In this document: positions 8,788 through 22,109 of the stretch, in pieces | Layout: each line of letters opens with the position of its first letter | Numbering within the stretch: the first letter of the stretch is position 1 | Assembly (NCBI RefSeq): GCF_964213995.1 | Contig: NC_135803.1 | Coordinates: 105,524,001-105,588,000, forward strand | Length of the DNA: 64,000 nt | Direction: 5' to 3' | Source: Mustelus asterias | Lineage: Eukaryota | Translations under genes and position numbers: made by a program | Notes under the pieces: generated by a model | What the model was told of the DNA's origin: nothing | Databases searched by the model: none | The model's input: the letters and a program-made list of their open reading frames with translations, nothing else

Positions 8788-9053
8788 AAATCTGATCTTA
8801 TCTCCATTTACATTGTCCATGTGCAAGATACAACATCATACATTGAAAAAACATCTTTGTACAAAGGTCAGGAATCAACTGTGGAAAAACAAACTCTTTT
8901 CCAATGAGTTCTAACTTTAAGTACAGTCATCAGTTGTAATGCAGGTTAGAATTTCCACTGATTCAACACCATGCACTACATCTCGAGTTTTGGAAAACTG
9001 CTCTGTACTACATGAACGTAGCATGTTGATTGCGGTCAGTAAGGAAGAGTATT

Positions 9054-9059
9054 TTTATT
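9054..9059 (-). promoter_or_regulatory. Candidate polyadenylation signal of APEH
   Basis: TTTATT on + (AATAAA on -), about 720 nt past the APEH stop. Confidence 0.4.
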
Positions 9060-9775
9060 CTGCAATCTAATCTGGGTCTTGAATATCGATGCTAATCTGA
9101 TCCATTCATCCAAAATAGGGTGGTAACAGGATGAGTCAACCACAGTCAAAAACTTGACATAACATCTTTGAAACTTGCAGATTTATAAAGACAAGGGAGA
9201 CCGTGCATTTATATAGCACCTTTAACATTCTCAAAATGTCCCAAAGTGTTTCACAGCCAATAAGTTTCATCTGAGGTTAATCACCGTTTGTAGGAAAACG
9301 TTGCAGACAACACATGCACAGCTAGGTCCCTCAAAATAGCAAATGATCAGATCATTTCTTTGCTGATTATGGCTGAGGGAGAAATGTTGGCAAGGACACA
9401 AGTAGAACTTCTTGATCATATTCAAATAATGGCTTGGGATAATTTCAATGCACCTGAATGGCTGATAAACCTCTATTTAACATTGCATGCAAAGAGGGCA
9501 CCTCTAACAAAGCTCTACTCACACGCTATCACACAAATGTCAGCTTAGATTATCTGCTTGAATTCTAGAGTGGCATATAAATCCATAATCATTGTTTCAG
9601 AGGAAAGGGTGTTATCACTGAATTAATCTAATACTTGAAAGAATTTTATATCAAGGCACGGGGATGTGCAGCCTTACCATGCAGTGAAACAAAACCATTT
9701 GTTGACACCTTCGCATTGCTGACTAAAATTAGATGCACACACATTCAAATTGAGGTGAATTGTCTTCCAAACGTC

Positions 9776-9893
9776 TCAAGCTGCTTTAGTAATGTCCAAC
9801 ACAAAGTCAAACCACAAAGCAATATTCATGAACATATCAGCTTCAGTGCCAACTTTGGAGAGCGAGTGGCAGTCATCAGGATACCACAATAAC
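9776..9893 (-). CDS. APEH: APEH last exon (catalytic His)
   Basis: cctcag|G TTA...TGA; LLWYPDDCHSLSKVGTEADMFMNIALWF..., similar to human LLLYPKSTHALSEVEVESDSFMNAVLWL. Confidence 0.93.
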
Positions 9894-12392
9894 CTGAGGA
9901 AAAAAGTTCAAGTATTTTATTTCTTGTGCAGAGGAACTCCTTTCAATTTCATATCTTTTTTGTTTTGGTGTGCCATCATTTTACAGGAGCTTGCCAATTG
10001 GACAATGCAGGATGCTTAAGAGCAGCCTCAGAGATGATCACCTTCTTTAAGGAAGCCCCTCATTTTGATTTTCAATCAGGGTTCTTATCCCAGTATAGTC
10101 AAGATCAGAAAATCCATGAGCAGAGAAGGGAGCTAAAGACACAAACCCATGAGGTAATAGTTCCCATCAAACTGAGCTGTGACTGAAGAGTACAACACAA
10201 ACATACTGCTATACAAGGGGGATATTCTAACATATTTATCAGTTGAATATTTTCACAGATCCCATGTTAAAATGAGGTCTGAGAGTTAAAAATGCCCATG
10301 CTAACAAATACCTGGGATCTTGTACTCTCGTTAATCCCGAGAGAGGTTAAGATTGAGGATTTGGTCACATGTTATTCTTCACCTCATATAACATAGATAA
10401 GGAGAAAGTTTCATCAACAGGATCTTCCAATTATAAGACGATCATGGTACAACTTCACTACTCATATACCACCTTAAATTAAGATCCAAGTCCTTTACTT
10501 TGTAATGGCTAGTCAGTATCAGGAATTATTAACAGTCAATTGCAAACCAATGGTGCTTCTCTATGACGGCATTGACAAAGAACAGTTTGGGGTTTTATTT
10601 TTTTCCTTAGCACTTGATTGTGATTTAATGAGGCGCTTGTTCTTCAATAGGCCATTATGGATATAAATGACTGGAACCCCACTGCAAGCCTCAGAGATGA
10701 TGAAATTTGCTCAGAGAGTAATGTCCTGGGTTCATTCAATGACATTTACATACTTTCACTGTGATGACACTTTTTACTTTCATCAGAATCCAAGCAATGT
10801 TTGTCCTTTGTAGATACATGGGATGTATAGTTATTGCAACAGTGAGTACAAAAATATCCGGCTGCTGCGTCTCTTGCCCTCCCCCATAGGCCATAAACTC
10901 AATAACTACAAATCTACAAAACTAATGTACTATTAGCACACCTGCCAGCATAAGAACACAAAGGAAATCAAATGTGTGATTCATTCATAAGATTTGATTG
11001 AACTCACTAATGCCATGCCCTTATCTGTATGCATGCTTAAAAAAGAGTTTATAAACAGTCTTTTGGCTCACCTATTCATGTTTCTTTAACTTTGAGTGGG
11101 CACGGAGGAAAAGAATGTGGGCTCAGCTCCAAGATGGGAGAGGTGGAAATACTAGCAGTCTGGGCATTTTATTTTAAAACAGGTCCCACTGACAGTGAAA
11201 ACAAGATGTTTATCACAAAAAAATCTTGCTTGGTTTTAAATCCGAGGTGCTGGGCTATCAAAAATTCCAACCACAAAAGTGCATCCACTCGTAAGGCCCT
11301 TCTCAACACAGTCCTCATTTGTGGTTCCTCACCACTCAAACTATCATTGATCTTGAGTAATACAGAGAAAGACCCATTCTCGTTGCTGAGTGGACCAGTG
11401 TGCTCTACCGTAAGTTGCAAGGACACAGGCTCTTTTCTAATGATTAGTCCTGTGAGTTTCCAGGCTCAGCCAAACAGAGAGAATAGATTTCCCAAATTGG
11501 AAGAGGAACAAAATGAGATAGTGAACTGGTAACACCATAATCACACAATCCCTGATGGCTGGTTTATGAACAGTTTTAACTAAGGTTTGCCAAGTGTCAC
11601 TTGACTAAACTCTACAAATGAAGTTACTCAACCTTTTGCTTGGTTGTGTAATAGTGGGACACAAATGAAGATCTAAAGTGTAGGAGGTATTAATTTAAAA
11701 TAAGAATATAAAATGAAATTCACTGCAGTGCTGTCTCAGTCAGACCTTGTAGGGGTAAACTTCAATTTCACCAGAGGTACAAAATGGACTGCGGCAGATC
11801 AGTTGTGTGTTATAACTCCCACCCAATATTCCTCTTCATTACCTTCAATTGAAGTAACAATTGAGTGGGATAGATAACTGGTGACCAAGCCATTACTCCC
11901 TATTTTATGCCCCTGACCACACTGAATTTTACTATGCCTCTCCTCCTCTGACTAAACCCCTTGCTAAATCCTCATTGGAATGTAGCATGTATTAAAAATA
12001 TAAACATGACGACTAAAAGTTGAGAGTTAATACAGGAATGATTAGTTGAATCACTTGTCACAAGATGGTTCATTAGGAAATAATTTTTCTATTGGACTTG
12101 TGAGATTATGACAACCTCCTGTGTACTGGATCACTCGAAGGGCTAAACATGTGGGCAAAGTGCTATTGGCTTTGGGCATTGATGGCTAGGGTTAATAGCT
12201 GGGCAAAATGTTCATAGACATTGGCTTAATGTGTGGGCAAAGCATTCATAGCTTTGGGTTTCCTGGCTGGTAAAAAGAGTCCATTGCTGCAGGTTTAAAA
12301 TGAGGACAAGTCCTTTACCACCCTGTCAGCAGTTTTGTGAGCCCCAAGAACATCACATGTCCCACTATTTAACTTACTTGTACTGAACTTAC

Positions 12393-12499
12393 CGCACAGG
12401 AATATGTCTGGCTCTTAGCGCACGGTAGAACTCAAGACCTTGTGTTGGATGAACGCGTTTGTCTTTTTCACCCAACATTATTAAAACTGAAGTTTTCAC
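12393..12499 (-). CDS. APEH: APEH exon (catalytic Asp)
   Basis: AG/GT-flanked; VKTSVLIMLGEKDKRVHPTQGLEFYRALRARHIPVR. Confidence 0.93.
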
Positions 12500-13628
12500 C
12501 TGAGAAAACAAATGTAATACATGTATTACATACCCCAAAGAGATACATAACTTCATTTAATAAGATTGAAATGCAATTCCCAGGAAGGAATTTCCTTTGA
12601 CGCTAATTTTGCTCAAACCGAAAACCTAATGATTTCCCCCAAGCCGCACTGCCATCTGCTCTTTGGTCAAGTAATAAGGAGCCCTCAGTAGGAGAGATGC
12701 ACAGAAGATGGTGACAAAGGATAAAGTAAATGTGATTTTATAGATAATTTAAATTGGCTTTGGTCCACATTGCACATTTTGATTTTCAGTCGAGTGCATG
12801 TGTGATGTTGCCTCAGGAGAAGCTATGTAGAAAATCAATCAAACTCGATCCTACTTCTAAATCTAGGATCATGGCCAGAGGTAGCTTAACTAAAAAAATA
12901 CAGGAATATTTTAATGAATGTCTGTCAGTCAGTATGAGAATAACTATGATTTCAAAAGTGATGGAAAGATGACTATTGATGGCTTGCCCTCTCTGGGATT
13001 TTGTGTGTGGAATATGCTGCATCATTCACACACAATAATGGCCTCAAATTAACCTCCTGTTGCATACACCATCAAGTCTCCATTCGTCTGTCAATATGTA
13101 AAGATAAAGAGGTACCACCTTGGTTAGGCATTTATCCACAGAGTTCCATCTGTTTCATACAGATAAATGCTTACAGGTACAGTTAGCTTCCCCTATAATT
13201 CAAACAGCATTCACATCAATTGACACAGATTTAAAACTACCACATCATTTCACTTTGTCACCACATTTAGCTTGTTTGCAGGGTCCTGTTATCTTGCTGC
13301 CAGTAGTGTGAAAGAAGGACATGCATTCTTTTTCCCCTTCAGAACATGCCTTCTGTATATTTGGCTTGTTTTCCATGGATGGCCTATTTGTGATCAGTAT
13401 CTCACTTTGTTAAAATTAGAGTTGGAGCAGGGTGGTGGGAGGGAGGAGGAGGGCGTAGTGGCTGGATGGTGTTTTAGGTTCAGTCACAGCCAGGCCACAG
13501 TGAGATAGCACACAGCAGCATCATGCCACAAACAAGGAAATCACTGAAACAAGCTGTACTCAGTTCTGATAAGGCTTGGATCCATGCTCTTGTATTATTT
13601 GCAACAAATACAACAGTTTACTTCTTAC

Positions 13629-13731
13629 CTGAGATACATTAATGATAGGTGATTTGCTCAGCAGTGCTGTGAGCAGAGAGGGAGTCGGCAACTGGTCGGG
13701 GGCAAAATCAAAGCCAGCCTGCACCATGGTA
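13629..13731 (-). CDS. APEH: APEH exon
   Basis: AG/GT-flanked; (H)TMVQAGFDFAPDQLPTPSLLTALLSKSPIINVSQ. Confidence 0.9.
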
Positions 13732-13844
13732 CTGTTGAGGAAAGCATAACAAGAATCACAACACTAGATTTAATCAGAATTTCCATTTTTTGGGGGATTT
13801 ATTGTTCCATGCATTTTACACCAAAATCTTCCTGCACTGACAAA

Positions 13845-14275
13845 TGGACTGACATATGAAGAAAGACTGGATCAACTGGGCTTGTACTCACTGGAATTTA
13901 GGAGAATGAGAGGGGATTCATAGAAATATATAAAATCCTGATGGGACTGGACAGGCTAGATGCAGGAAGAATGTTCCCGATGTTGGGGAAAGTCCAGAAC
14001 TAAGAATAAGGGGTAAGCCATTCAGGACTGAGATGAGGAAGAACCTCTTCACTCAGAGAGTTGTGAACCTGTGGAATTCTCTACCACAGAAAGCTCTTGG
14101 GGCCAGTTCATTAGATAATGTTCAAGAGGAAGCTGGATGTGGCCCTTGTGGCTAAAGGAATCAAGGGGTATGAAGAGAAAGTAGGAATGGGATACTGAAA
14201 GTGCATGATCATATTGAATGGTGGTGCAGGCTTGAAGGGCTGAATGGCCTACTCCAGTACCTATTTTCTATGTTT
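13845..14275 (+). mobile_element. CR1 LINE 3' fragment
   Basis: Near-identical to 33285-33742; ORF2 C-terminus LTYEERLDQLGLYSLEFRRMRG and 3' tail. Confidence 0.88.
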
Positions 14276-14279
14276 ATCA

Positions 14280-14510
14280 GGGTCAAACTGCCTGATTTAA
14301 ATTTTAAACAATGCTGAGCAGTTAATTGTCAGCCAACTGGTGCATTGCCACGGCAACACCTCTACCTGTCTACTTGCCAACCAATCAGCACTTTCTTCTT
14401 TTACAATATAAATTGAAATTGTTGTTGCTCCCTTATATCAGGATTCTTGCAAAGTGTCCTGATGAGTGCAAGATGAAAAGCTTTGACATGTCTCTTTTTT
14501 TCAACAATAC
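14280..14510 (+). mobile_element. Penelope-type terminal repeat fragment with a hammerhead-like motif
   Basis: Related copies at about 49780-50000, 55470-55860 and 55950-56345; TGTC-CTGATGA-..-GAAA-AGCT-TT-GACA at 14455-14488. Confidence 0.6.
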
Positions 14511-16408
14511 TTAAATTTTGTACTGTGACTGTGGTCTCGATTTGGAAACAATTTGATATTATGCCACTGTTGAGTTGGGGTGTTCATTGCTGCAGTGCAC
14601 TGTGCCATTGTGCCACCAGTATGGTGGCTCTGAGCATAGCCAGGATTCAATTTAATAAAGTTACTGAACTGATACAGGAGTATTTCTGGAAAAATTAATC
14701 CCATCCACTTTTTAAAAAATGCACAGACAGTATTAGAGAACAGCATCTTGCACTGATTTGAAGTATTTAGGAAGAACAGTAGAAATGCAATCAACTAACA
14801 ATAATGGAGTTGACAAAAGTGCTAGAAACTGAAGACATTCACCCCAGGCAAATTAAAGTTATTGTAATAATTGATTACAGACCCCTTTTCTCCAGGGAGT
14901 CCAGTATTCAATTATTAGAAAGCAATAGACATACTCAGTTGTGCAGAGCTTGGGAATTCTTTTGTGGTGTGCCATCGGTTGGAGTGATCTACATGGAAGT
15001 CAAATAGTGGTTTTCTGAGGCAATATTTGGCCTCATTTGAAGATTTTAAAGCTGCTTAATGAAACAAATCCAAACTCCCAATGGTTAATCTCTAAATGCG
15101 CCATAATGAAAGTCAACCACTGCAAGCCCTGCAAAGAGAAGATACTCTTTAGGGATGCCTTGGACAATATTTATTCCATTTGGGTTTGTGGATCAAATAA
15201 CACACAGGTATGAGTTTCTCCAATTGGGTAATCATGCCTAAAGAAACATTGTAATGTTCATAATGTAATGGTCCCTATCCCTGAAGGAAGGGCTAAAGAG
15301 AAAGAAAGAGAAAAAAGGTATACCCCAAATGTCGCATCATTAATACTACCCTATCCAAAGTTAATCAAACAAGACATTTGTGTGTAGTTTCTTCTAAATT
15401 CTATGTTTGTTCAAGGTCTGTGCACCTAGTCCAAGTCAAATGGGCTGCTTACATCTAGATCAACTGTCTCTCATCACTGAAGACCTGCCCATTCCCAATG
15501 TCCTTAATGAAAAGTTCAGCTATGTAAATCTTCTTTGTAACTTGGAACCACAAGTTCCCAAATCATCCCTGTCATTCTACACCGGATCTCCTCAAATGCA
15601 TCAATGTCCATTTGGGGATAGAAGATGAAAGGGAGTTCCATTGAAGAGTCATATTCCACACAAAATGTTACCTGTTTCTCTCTCCACAGATGCTGCCAGA
15701 CCTGCTGAGTATTTGCAGCATTTCTGTTTGATTTTGTATTTTAAAATGAATGCTCTTCCCTTGCCATATGGACATGTCATGATTGGATGAACAAAGTTAA
15801 AATAATTTGGTTTTACACTAAAAGAGTTACAAAACATTTAAACATCCAAGCATACTTAACAAGACCTCAAATGATACAATGCATGGTAACAAATTTAAAG
15901 AAAACAATGTAAATTGAAAATATTTCAGTAAAATCATAACTTATGGTCTCAACAATCCAATATACAGTGGTTATAAATATAACAAGTCAATTAGGTGAGG
16001 AAATGCTTTAGCCACTATTTACTAGTGACAGGTTCATTTTCTTCTTGCATGTATGACAAAATAAAAGGACTTTTTGTACTTTTTTAAATTAAAGGTTTTC
16101 AATTTCATTCACATGCTAGTGGTGTTAACATTGAAGAGTTATAAGTCAGGTCAGATGCAGCCAGTTAAGCTTGCACTGCTCCAACAATTTACCTTAGCTT
16201 CAAAATGAGAACAGCACCAATGTGACATCTCCCTTATGATTCCATTGTGTTAGATTGCCAATTTAGGACAATTTAATGCTATGAGCGTACAACCATCTAA
16301 ACTATGTTGTAACTTGTTTAAGTTCAATTCACAGAGGAAGCTCCTTAGATCCAACAGAAAGAGGCATTGGGCTGGAATGAAATCTCGGTCATGGAAGCGA
16401 AAGGTAGT

Positions 16409-16536
16409 GGCTGGAATTTTACCGCCCTCCCCACCATAGGAATCAAAGCAGGCGAGGGGCGGAACATGGAAAAGTCTGTTTGTCCTCAGGTTTGATTTTA
16501 CGGTTTCGGGACAAGCGAGGCCGTAAAGTCCCACCC
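16409..16536. mobile_element. Short MITE-like repeat (second copy at about 45918-46041)
   Basis: Two similar copies of about 125 bp with imperfect terminal inverted ends GGCTGGAATTTTAC / GTAAAGTCCCACCC. Confidence 0.55.
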
Positions 16537-16667
16537 AGAGTCCTATTCATTACCAGAGCAGAAATCTCTTAAGGGACGCATCCTTTACTCCTGCCACCCC
16601 TGGAAACAAAATCTGAAGTATATTATTTTAAAACATGCTGAATACAGGAAGGAAAGCTTGCACTCAC

Positions 16668-16858
16668 TGGTCAGGAATGTCTGTTGTCCCCAGCTTGGAA
16701 ACCAGATTAATGACAGGATTCCTTGTCGCAAAGGCTTTGTAGAAACCAGGATATTGGCTGATCAGATGACAGCCAATCAAGCCTCCATGTGAGCCACCAA
16801 TCAGCAACACCTTGTCAGAATCCACACACCCTTCTTTTAAAACACTTTCGACAGCATA
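16668..16858 (-). CDS. APEH: APEH exon (catalytic Ser, GGSHGG)
   Basis: AG/GT-flanked; YAVESVLKEGCVDSDKVLLIGGSHGGLIGCHLISQYPGFYKAFATRNPVINLVSKLGTTDIPD. Confidence 0.95.
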
Positions 16859-17228
16859 CTGAAATAGAAGTGAAGATTTTGGAGCAGCAGTACAAAAATG
16901 GACATTGTGCTGGAGAATTCACTCACTAGCAGCTCACTGTAATACTCCGCTCAAACTCTGATTGATGTGCATGGCTGATTTCTTTTGCAATTCTTCGAGA
17001 GGACAAGGTCTCTATCAACCAACCAAATACCTTTAGCCAAAGGTGTAAGTAACATTGAAGAGAGTTTCTTTTTGAATCTATGCAATTTTAATTCCCACAT
17101 CCAAGCTGGAATTGTTGGTTTGTGAGCATTGCAATATTACATGATTTGGTTACAAGGCATTGGTTCTGGTTTCTTCGTAAAAGACTAAGCTTTTTTACAA
17201 GCAGATTGTGATCGAAGCCAGCATTGGT

Positions 17229-17570
17229 GGCGGCATGGTGGCACAGTGGTTAGCACTGCTGCCTCACAGAGCCAGAGATCCGAGTTCAATTCCGGCCTCA
17301 GGTGACAATCTTTGTGGAGTTTGCACATTCTCCCCGTGTCTGCGTGGATTCCCTCCGGCTGCTCCGGTTTCCTCCCACAGTCCAAAGATGTGTGGGTTAG
17401 ATTGATTGGCTATGCTAAATTGCCCCTTTGTGTCCCAAGATGTGTAAATTAGGGGGGCTAGCAGGGTAAATACAGGGGTTATGGAGATAGGGACTGGGTG
17501 GCATTGTTGTCAGTGCAGGCTTGATGGGCCGAATGGCTTCCTTCTACACTGTAGGGATTCTATGATTCTA
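17229..17570 (+). mobile_element. HE1-type SINE
   Basis: GGCGGCATGGTGGCACAGTGGTTAGCACTGCTGCCTCAC head; tail GGGATTCTATGATTCTA. Confidence 0.88.
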
Positions 17571-17754
17571 CCAAAGAGCTTTATGCCAATTTCATTGTTA
17601 GTGCAGATGCTAAAGCTCTCCTCTCCACCCCATGTATTTGCATATTTTGATTTTAATAATCTACAATGTACTCAATTTTAAAGCTTAATTGCCAAATTAA
17701 GAACACCATAAAGGAAAAAGCATGACATCTGCAATGCATCTCACTGAAATTCTT

Positions 17755-18846
17755 TAAGTTTAAGTTTTTAATTGAAGTTTATTTATTAGTGTCACAAGTA
17801 GGCTTACATTAACACTTGTGGCCAAACGGGCCACCTAAAATGGCGATTTGTAAAGCACTCTGGGGCAAGAACTAAAACGACAGGCTGCAGCCTAAAAGAC
17901 AGAGATAAACAGGCTGCAACTCAGACGGGTGAATACACAGGAAATAGGCCATCCCAAAGATAATGGGCACTTTCTGGTCAAACATACTTGTTTACCTTAA
18001 CCCCTTACTTGGGAGGGAAGTATGTGACCTATGTGCCTCCAGCACCTACAGGCTTGGCCGTTGGGTACACATCCAGAGATCGGTGTGGCAGCACCTGATT
18101 GGACTCTTATCGATCAGGGTGATCAAGCCCTGATCGATTGATTGACAAGAATCAGGAGACCGCCCAGAATCACGAAACCAGGGAGGGATAAAACCTTCTG
18201 CACAACAGCAGCTCTCTCTCTGACCCCACAAATGAGCTACAACAACGGTGACCGTCACCAACAACAACCAGCACGAGGAGAGCCACCACACCCGAGAAGG
18301 AAGGAAGACCAGAGCCAGAGTGCCAGACCAGACCAAAGGACAAGACTACACAGAGGACGACTGAGACCAGCGCATAGATAAAGGCCAATATCTGCTTGGG
18401 TACTTGCCAGTCACACAAAGTTAAGTCAAGGTCTTGTATTGGACTTGAACTTTAGTATTTTCTGTAAGATAACTTATTGTTGATTGGGTGAGTGATTATT
18501 GATTGTGTGTTTTAAATAAATATTGGTTGTACTAACAAGAAGTCTACTTGCAATTCTTTGTCCATCGTATAAGGGTTAAAACAGACTGTGCGGCAGGCAC
18601 AACACATTGCAATGAAGTTACTGTGAAAATCCCCTAGTCGCCACACTCCGGCGCCTGTTCAGGTACACTGAGGGAGAATTTAGCATGGCCAATGCACCTA
18701 ACCAGCACGTCTTTCGAAGAAAACCGGAAACCCACACAGACACGAGAAGAATGTGCGGACTCCATACAGACAGTGACCCAAACCAGGAATTGAACCTGAG
18801 TCCCTGGCATTGTGAGGCAGCAGTGCTAACCACTGTGTCACCATGC
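17755..18846 (-). mobile_element. tRNA-derived SINE (HE1-related, alternative tail) split by a solo LTR
   Basis: Pieces 18605-18846 and 17755-17816 join into the same element as 28750-29060. Confidence 0.8.
17817..18604 (+). mobile_element. Solo LTR (788 bp) of an ERV/LTR retrotransposon
   Basis: TG...CA termini, 4-bp TSD cact/catt, TATA-like GATAAAA at about 18188, AATAAA at about 18515; cleanly interrupts a SINE. Confidence 0.8.
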
Positions 18847-19782
18847 AGCCCCTCTCCTTTAGATGTTGTAAAAGTTCATCGTTACTCTCCATGACCCTCC
18901 CCTCCAGAACTCACCAAAGTGGCCATTATTCATTTGCAAAGCTTGACAATGAGTGTTGATAGACAATTAAGTCATAAAGAGCTAGCCCAACCATGTTCTA
19001 AACTGATGCTCCTCAAGTATAGGTCCAACAGAAGTCAATAGATGGTGGTCAACCCACCAAGTGCTACTGTACCAGTCCTACAATTGCCTAGCGGATACAG
19101 AGGATCAAAAATGGGATCTTTCTAATCTGTATGGATGAGATAATCGCTGGATAAAGTATGAACTATCAAGAAGGCTTCTAATTTAGTAACCCCTGGGTTG
19201 ATTGGACACACATTCACTTCACTTTCTGTACTGTCACTGCACAGTGGTCAGGAGTGGGAACTCCCGACCAGGGCATTAGGTCTCTCCTATAGCAGTCTCC
19301 CTGCAGTGCAACATGAGGTTAGCAAATATAGTTCAAACCTGAGACCTCAAGTAGAATCTATAACAACATGGCAGGAGAATGATATGTTCCTTTGTACATG
19401 CAAGAATCTAGTTTTAATGACCAAAGAATTGGCAGGAACAAATCAACTTGTGGTACAAATAAAATTTCAAGAAATATTCTCCAGCACTTGAATCTCAGTT
19501 AATCCACAGACTCCATTAATTTTTCAATAACCCCATGCAAAGGAAAGGTTGAAGACAATTAATTGGGTAGCAATTCTGTGAATTAGTTGCAAGTCGTCTG
19601 GAACAATAGCTGCTGTGTGTCAATCTCCTGGCATCCGGTGGGTTGACACATTCTAGAATTTAAATTCAAATTAACTGAAGATAATGTAATTGTACTACAG
19701 AATAAAACACATTGCTTGTGCCACACCACTCTAATTTGGAATTTAGACCACTCCCCTCTTATACCCACATGGTGGCTATAGG

Positions 19783-20128
19783 TGGACGGCACAGTGGCAC
19801 AGTGGTTTGCACTGCTGCCTCACAGCTCCAGGGACTTGGGTTCGATTCCCAGCTTGGGTCACTGTCTGTGTGGAGTTTGCACATTCTCCCCGTGTCTGCG
19901 TGGGCTTCCTCCGGGTGCTCCGGTTTCCTCCCACAGTCCAAAGATGTGCAGGTTAGGTGCACTGGCTATGCTAAATTGCCCTTTAGTGTCCCTGGATGCA
20001 TAGGTTAGAGGGATTAGTGGGTTAAATATGTGGGGTTACGGGGATAGGGCCTGGTGGGATTGTCGGTGCAGACCTGATGGGCCGAATGGCCTCCTTCTGC
20101 ACTGTAAGGTTTCTATGATTTCTATGAT
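19783..20128 (+). mobile_element. HE1-type SINE
   Basis: tRNA head with box B GGTTCGATTCCC, HE1 body and tail. Confidence 0.9.
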
Positions 20129-20747
20129 GCAAATAAAATCTTATCTTACTGCCAATAGCTATACAGTCAACAACTAGAATTCTTGGAGCCAACTATTAAT
20201 AGAAATGCTTGAGGAAGGAAAACAACAACGTTATCAGATATCCAGTCATATGATTGACTGGGAAATATCATGCTGGAAGGTACTGCACTCTTCAGATGCA
20301 GTGAAAAATGTTAGTCTGCTCTCTTACAATAACAGCCACTTACAGACAAGCCTTGGGCTCCATGCTTTCCATCTAATTCTTAAGAATTGTCGTGAGTGGT
20401 CTCTAAGCAGGCAATGAGCAAGCAAATGAAAATTTCTACTTCTCCTCATGGGGTGCAGGAGGGTAATACTCTTATAATGTTTCTGTTTAACTGTTAAATC
20501 ATGGGAAAGGAGCTACAATTTGACAGACTGCACTTACATGTTGAACAACAATGCTACAAAGTAACACATGAATAAAGTAAAGTAACTGGGTCAGCTTCAC
20601 TCACTGAAACAATGTAAAGGGTTTTGTGTTTTCCCATTTTAGTATTTATTGGGCACCACACCTATATATTTTGCCAGAGCTGAAACTCTTCTGCAGTGTT
20701 ATTCCTGTGTCATAAACTCACATGTAAGCTGTTGACTATCTCCTTAC

Positions 20748-20836
20748 TTGTACATCCTTCACATCTTGACTTCCTATGTTACCAGGCAGTGAGCGGATAC
20801 TATCTTGCCCAAAGCCACTGGACCCACGGTAGTTCA
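20748..20836 (-). CDS. APEH: APEH exon
   Basis: AG/GT-flanked; (V)NYRGSSGFGQDSIRSLPGNIGSQDVKDVQ. Confidence 0.95.
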
Positions 20837-22109
20837 CTGCAAAATAAATCCCATCAGAATTAGGTTTCATGGTAGCACAATGGAAGGTTACATAAGATTT
20901 CTCAAGGGTCTCACAATAAGTCCAAGCAAATAACTTACTTCCGTGGGCTAGACAGTCAATTAGAATTATATGTAGTAAGGATTTCCTACAATAATAGTTT
21001 AACTGTAGTCAGAAACAACTTGGATAGGTTGTAAGGCAAGTGGAATGTTAATGTTGGAGAACTGCATGAATATCAATGCAGAGCACATCTAGATTACAGA
21101 TTTTTGTCCAACCTATAGTCATAGGGTAGTTACCTATCATCTTACAGCCCAACCCTAGTTTAGCTATTCTTTCCTTCCTTAGTCTTGATATAAAGCAACT
21201 CCTCATTGTTAGGGTGCTGGATCAGAACCCCAAATTATATTAGGACGCCAGACTAGATCCCAACAATTTTTCTATTGTTGATGTTTCAGTAGGGGAGCAG
21301 TTCAGGAACAGTGACCACAATTCAGTAAGCTTTAAGATACTGATGGATAAAGATAAATGTGGTCCTCAAGTTAAGGTGCTAAATTGGGGAAGGCTAATTA
21401 CAACAATATTAGGCAGGAACTGAAGAATGTAGATTGGGGCAGATGTTTGAAGGCAAATCAACATCTGGCATGTGGGAAGCTTTCAAGTGTAAGTTGATAA
21501 GGAATCAGGACCAGCACATTCCTGTAAGGATGAAGGATAAGTATGGCAAGTTTTGGGAACCTTGGGTGACGGGAGATATTGTGAGCCTAGTCAAAGAGAA
21601 AAAGGAAGCATTTGTCAAAGCTAGGAAGCTGGGAACACACGAAGCAAGTGTGGAATACAAGGAAAGTAGAAAGAAACTTAAGCAAGGAGTAAGAAGGGTT
21701 AAAAGGGGTCATGAAAAAGCATTGGCCAGCAGGATTAAGGAAAATCCCAAGGCTTTTTATACATATATAAAGAGCAAGAGGGTAGCCAGGATGAAGGTTG
21801 GCCCACTCAAGGACAAGGGAGGGAATCTATGCGTGGAGCCAGAGGAAATGGGCGAGGTATTAAATGAGTACTTTGCGTCAGTATTCACCAAACAGGAGTT
21901 GGTGGATGATGAGTCTGGGAAAGGATGTGTAGATAGTTTGAGCCATGTTGAGATCAAAAAGGAGGTATTAGGGTTCTTGAGAAACATTAAGGTAAACAAG
22001 TTCCCAGGGTCTGATGGGATATACCCCAGAATACTTGAGAGAGGCAAGGGAGGAAATTGCTGGGGCCTTGAGAGAAATCTTTGTATCCTCACTGGCTACA
22101 GGGGAGGTC

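Noticed and set aside
11092-11532. 146-aa + strand ORF and overlapping 85-aa - strand ORF in the last APEH intron
   Set aside because: Non-ATG start, no recognisable domain or splice context.
17229-17300. tRNA-like sequences at SINE heads
   Set aside because: They are tRNA-derived SINE promoters (box A/B) attached to SINE bodies, not tRNA genes.
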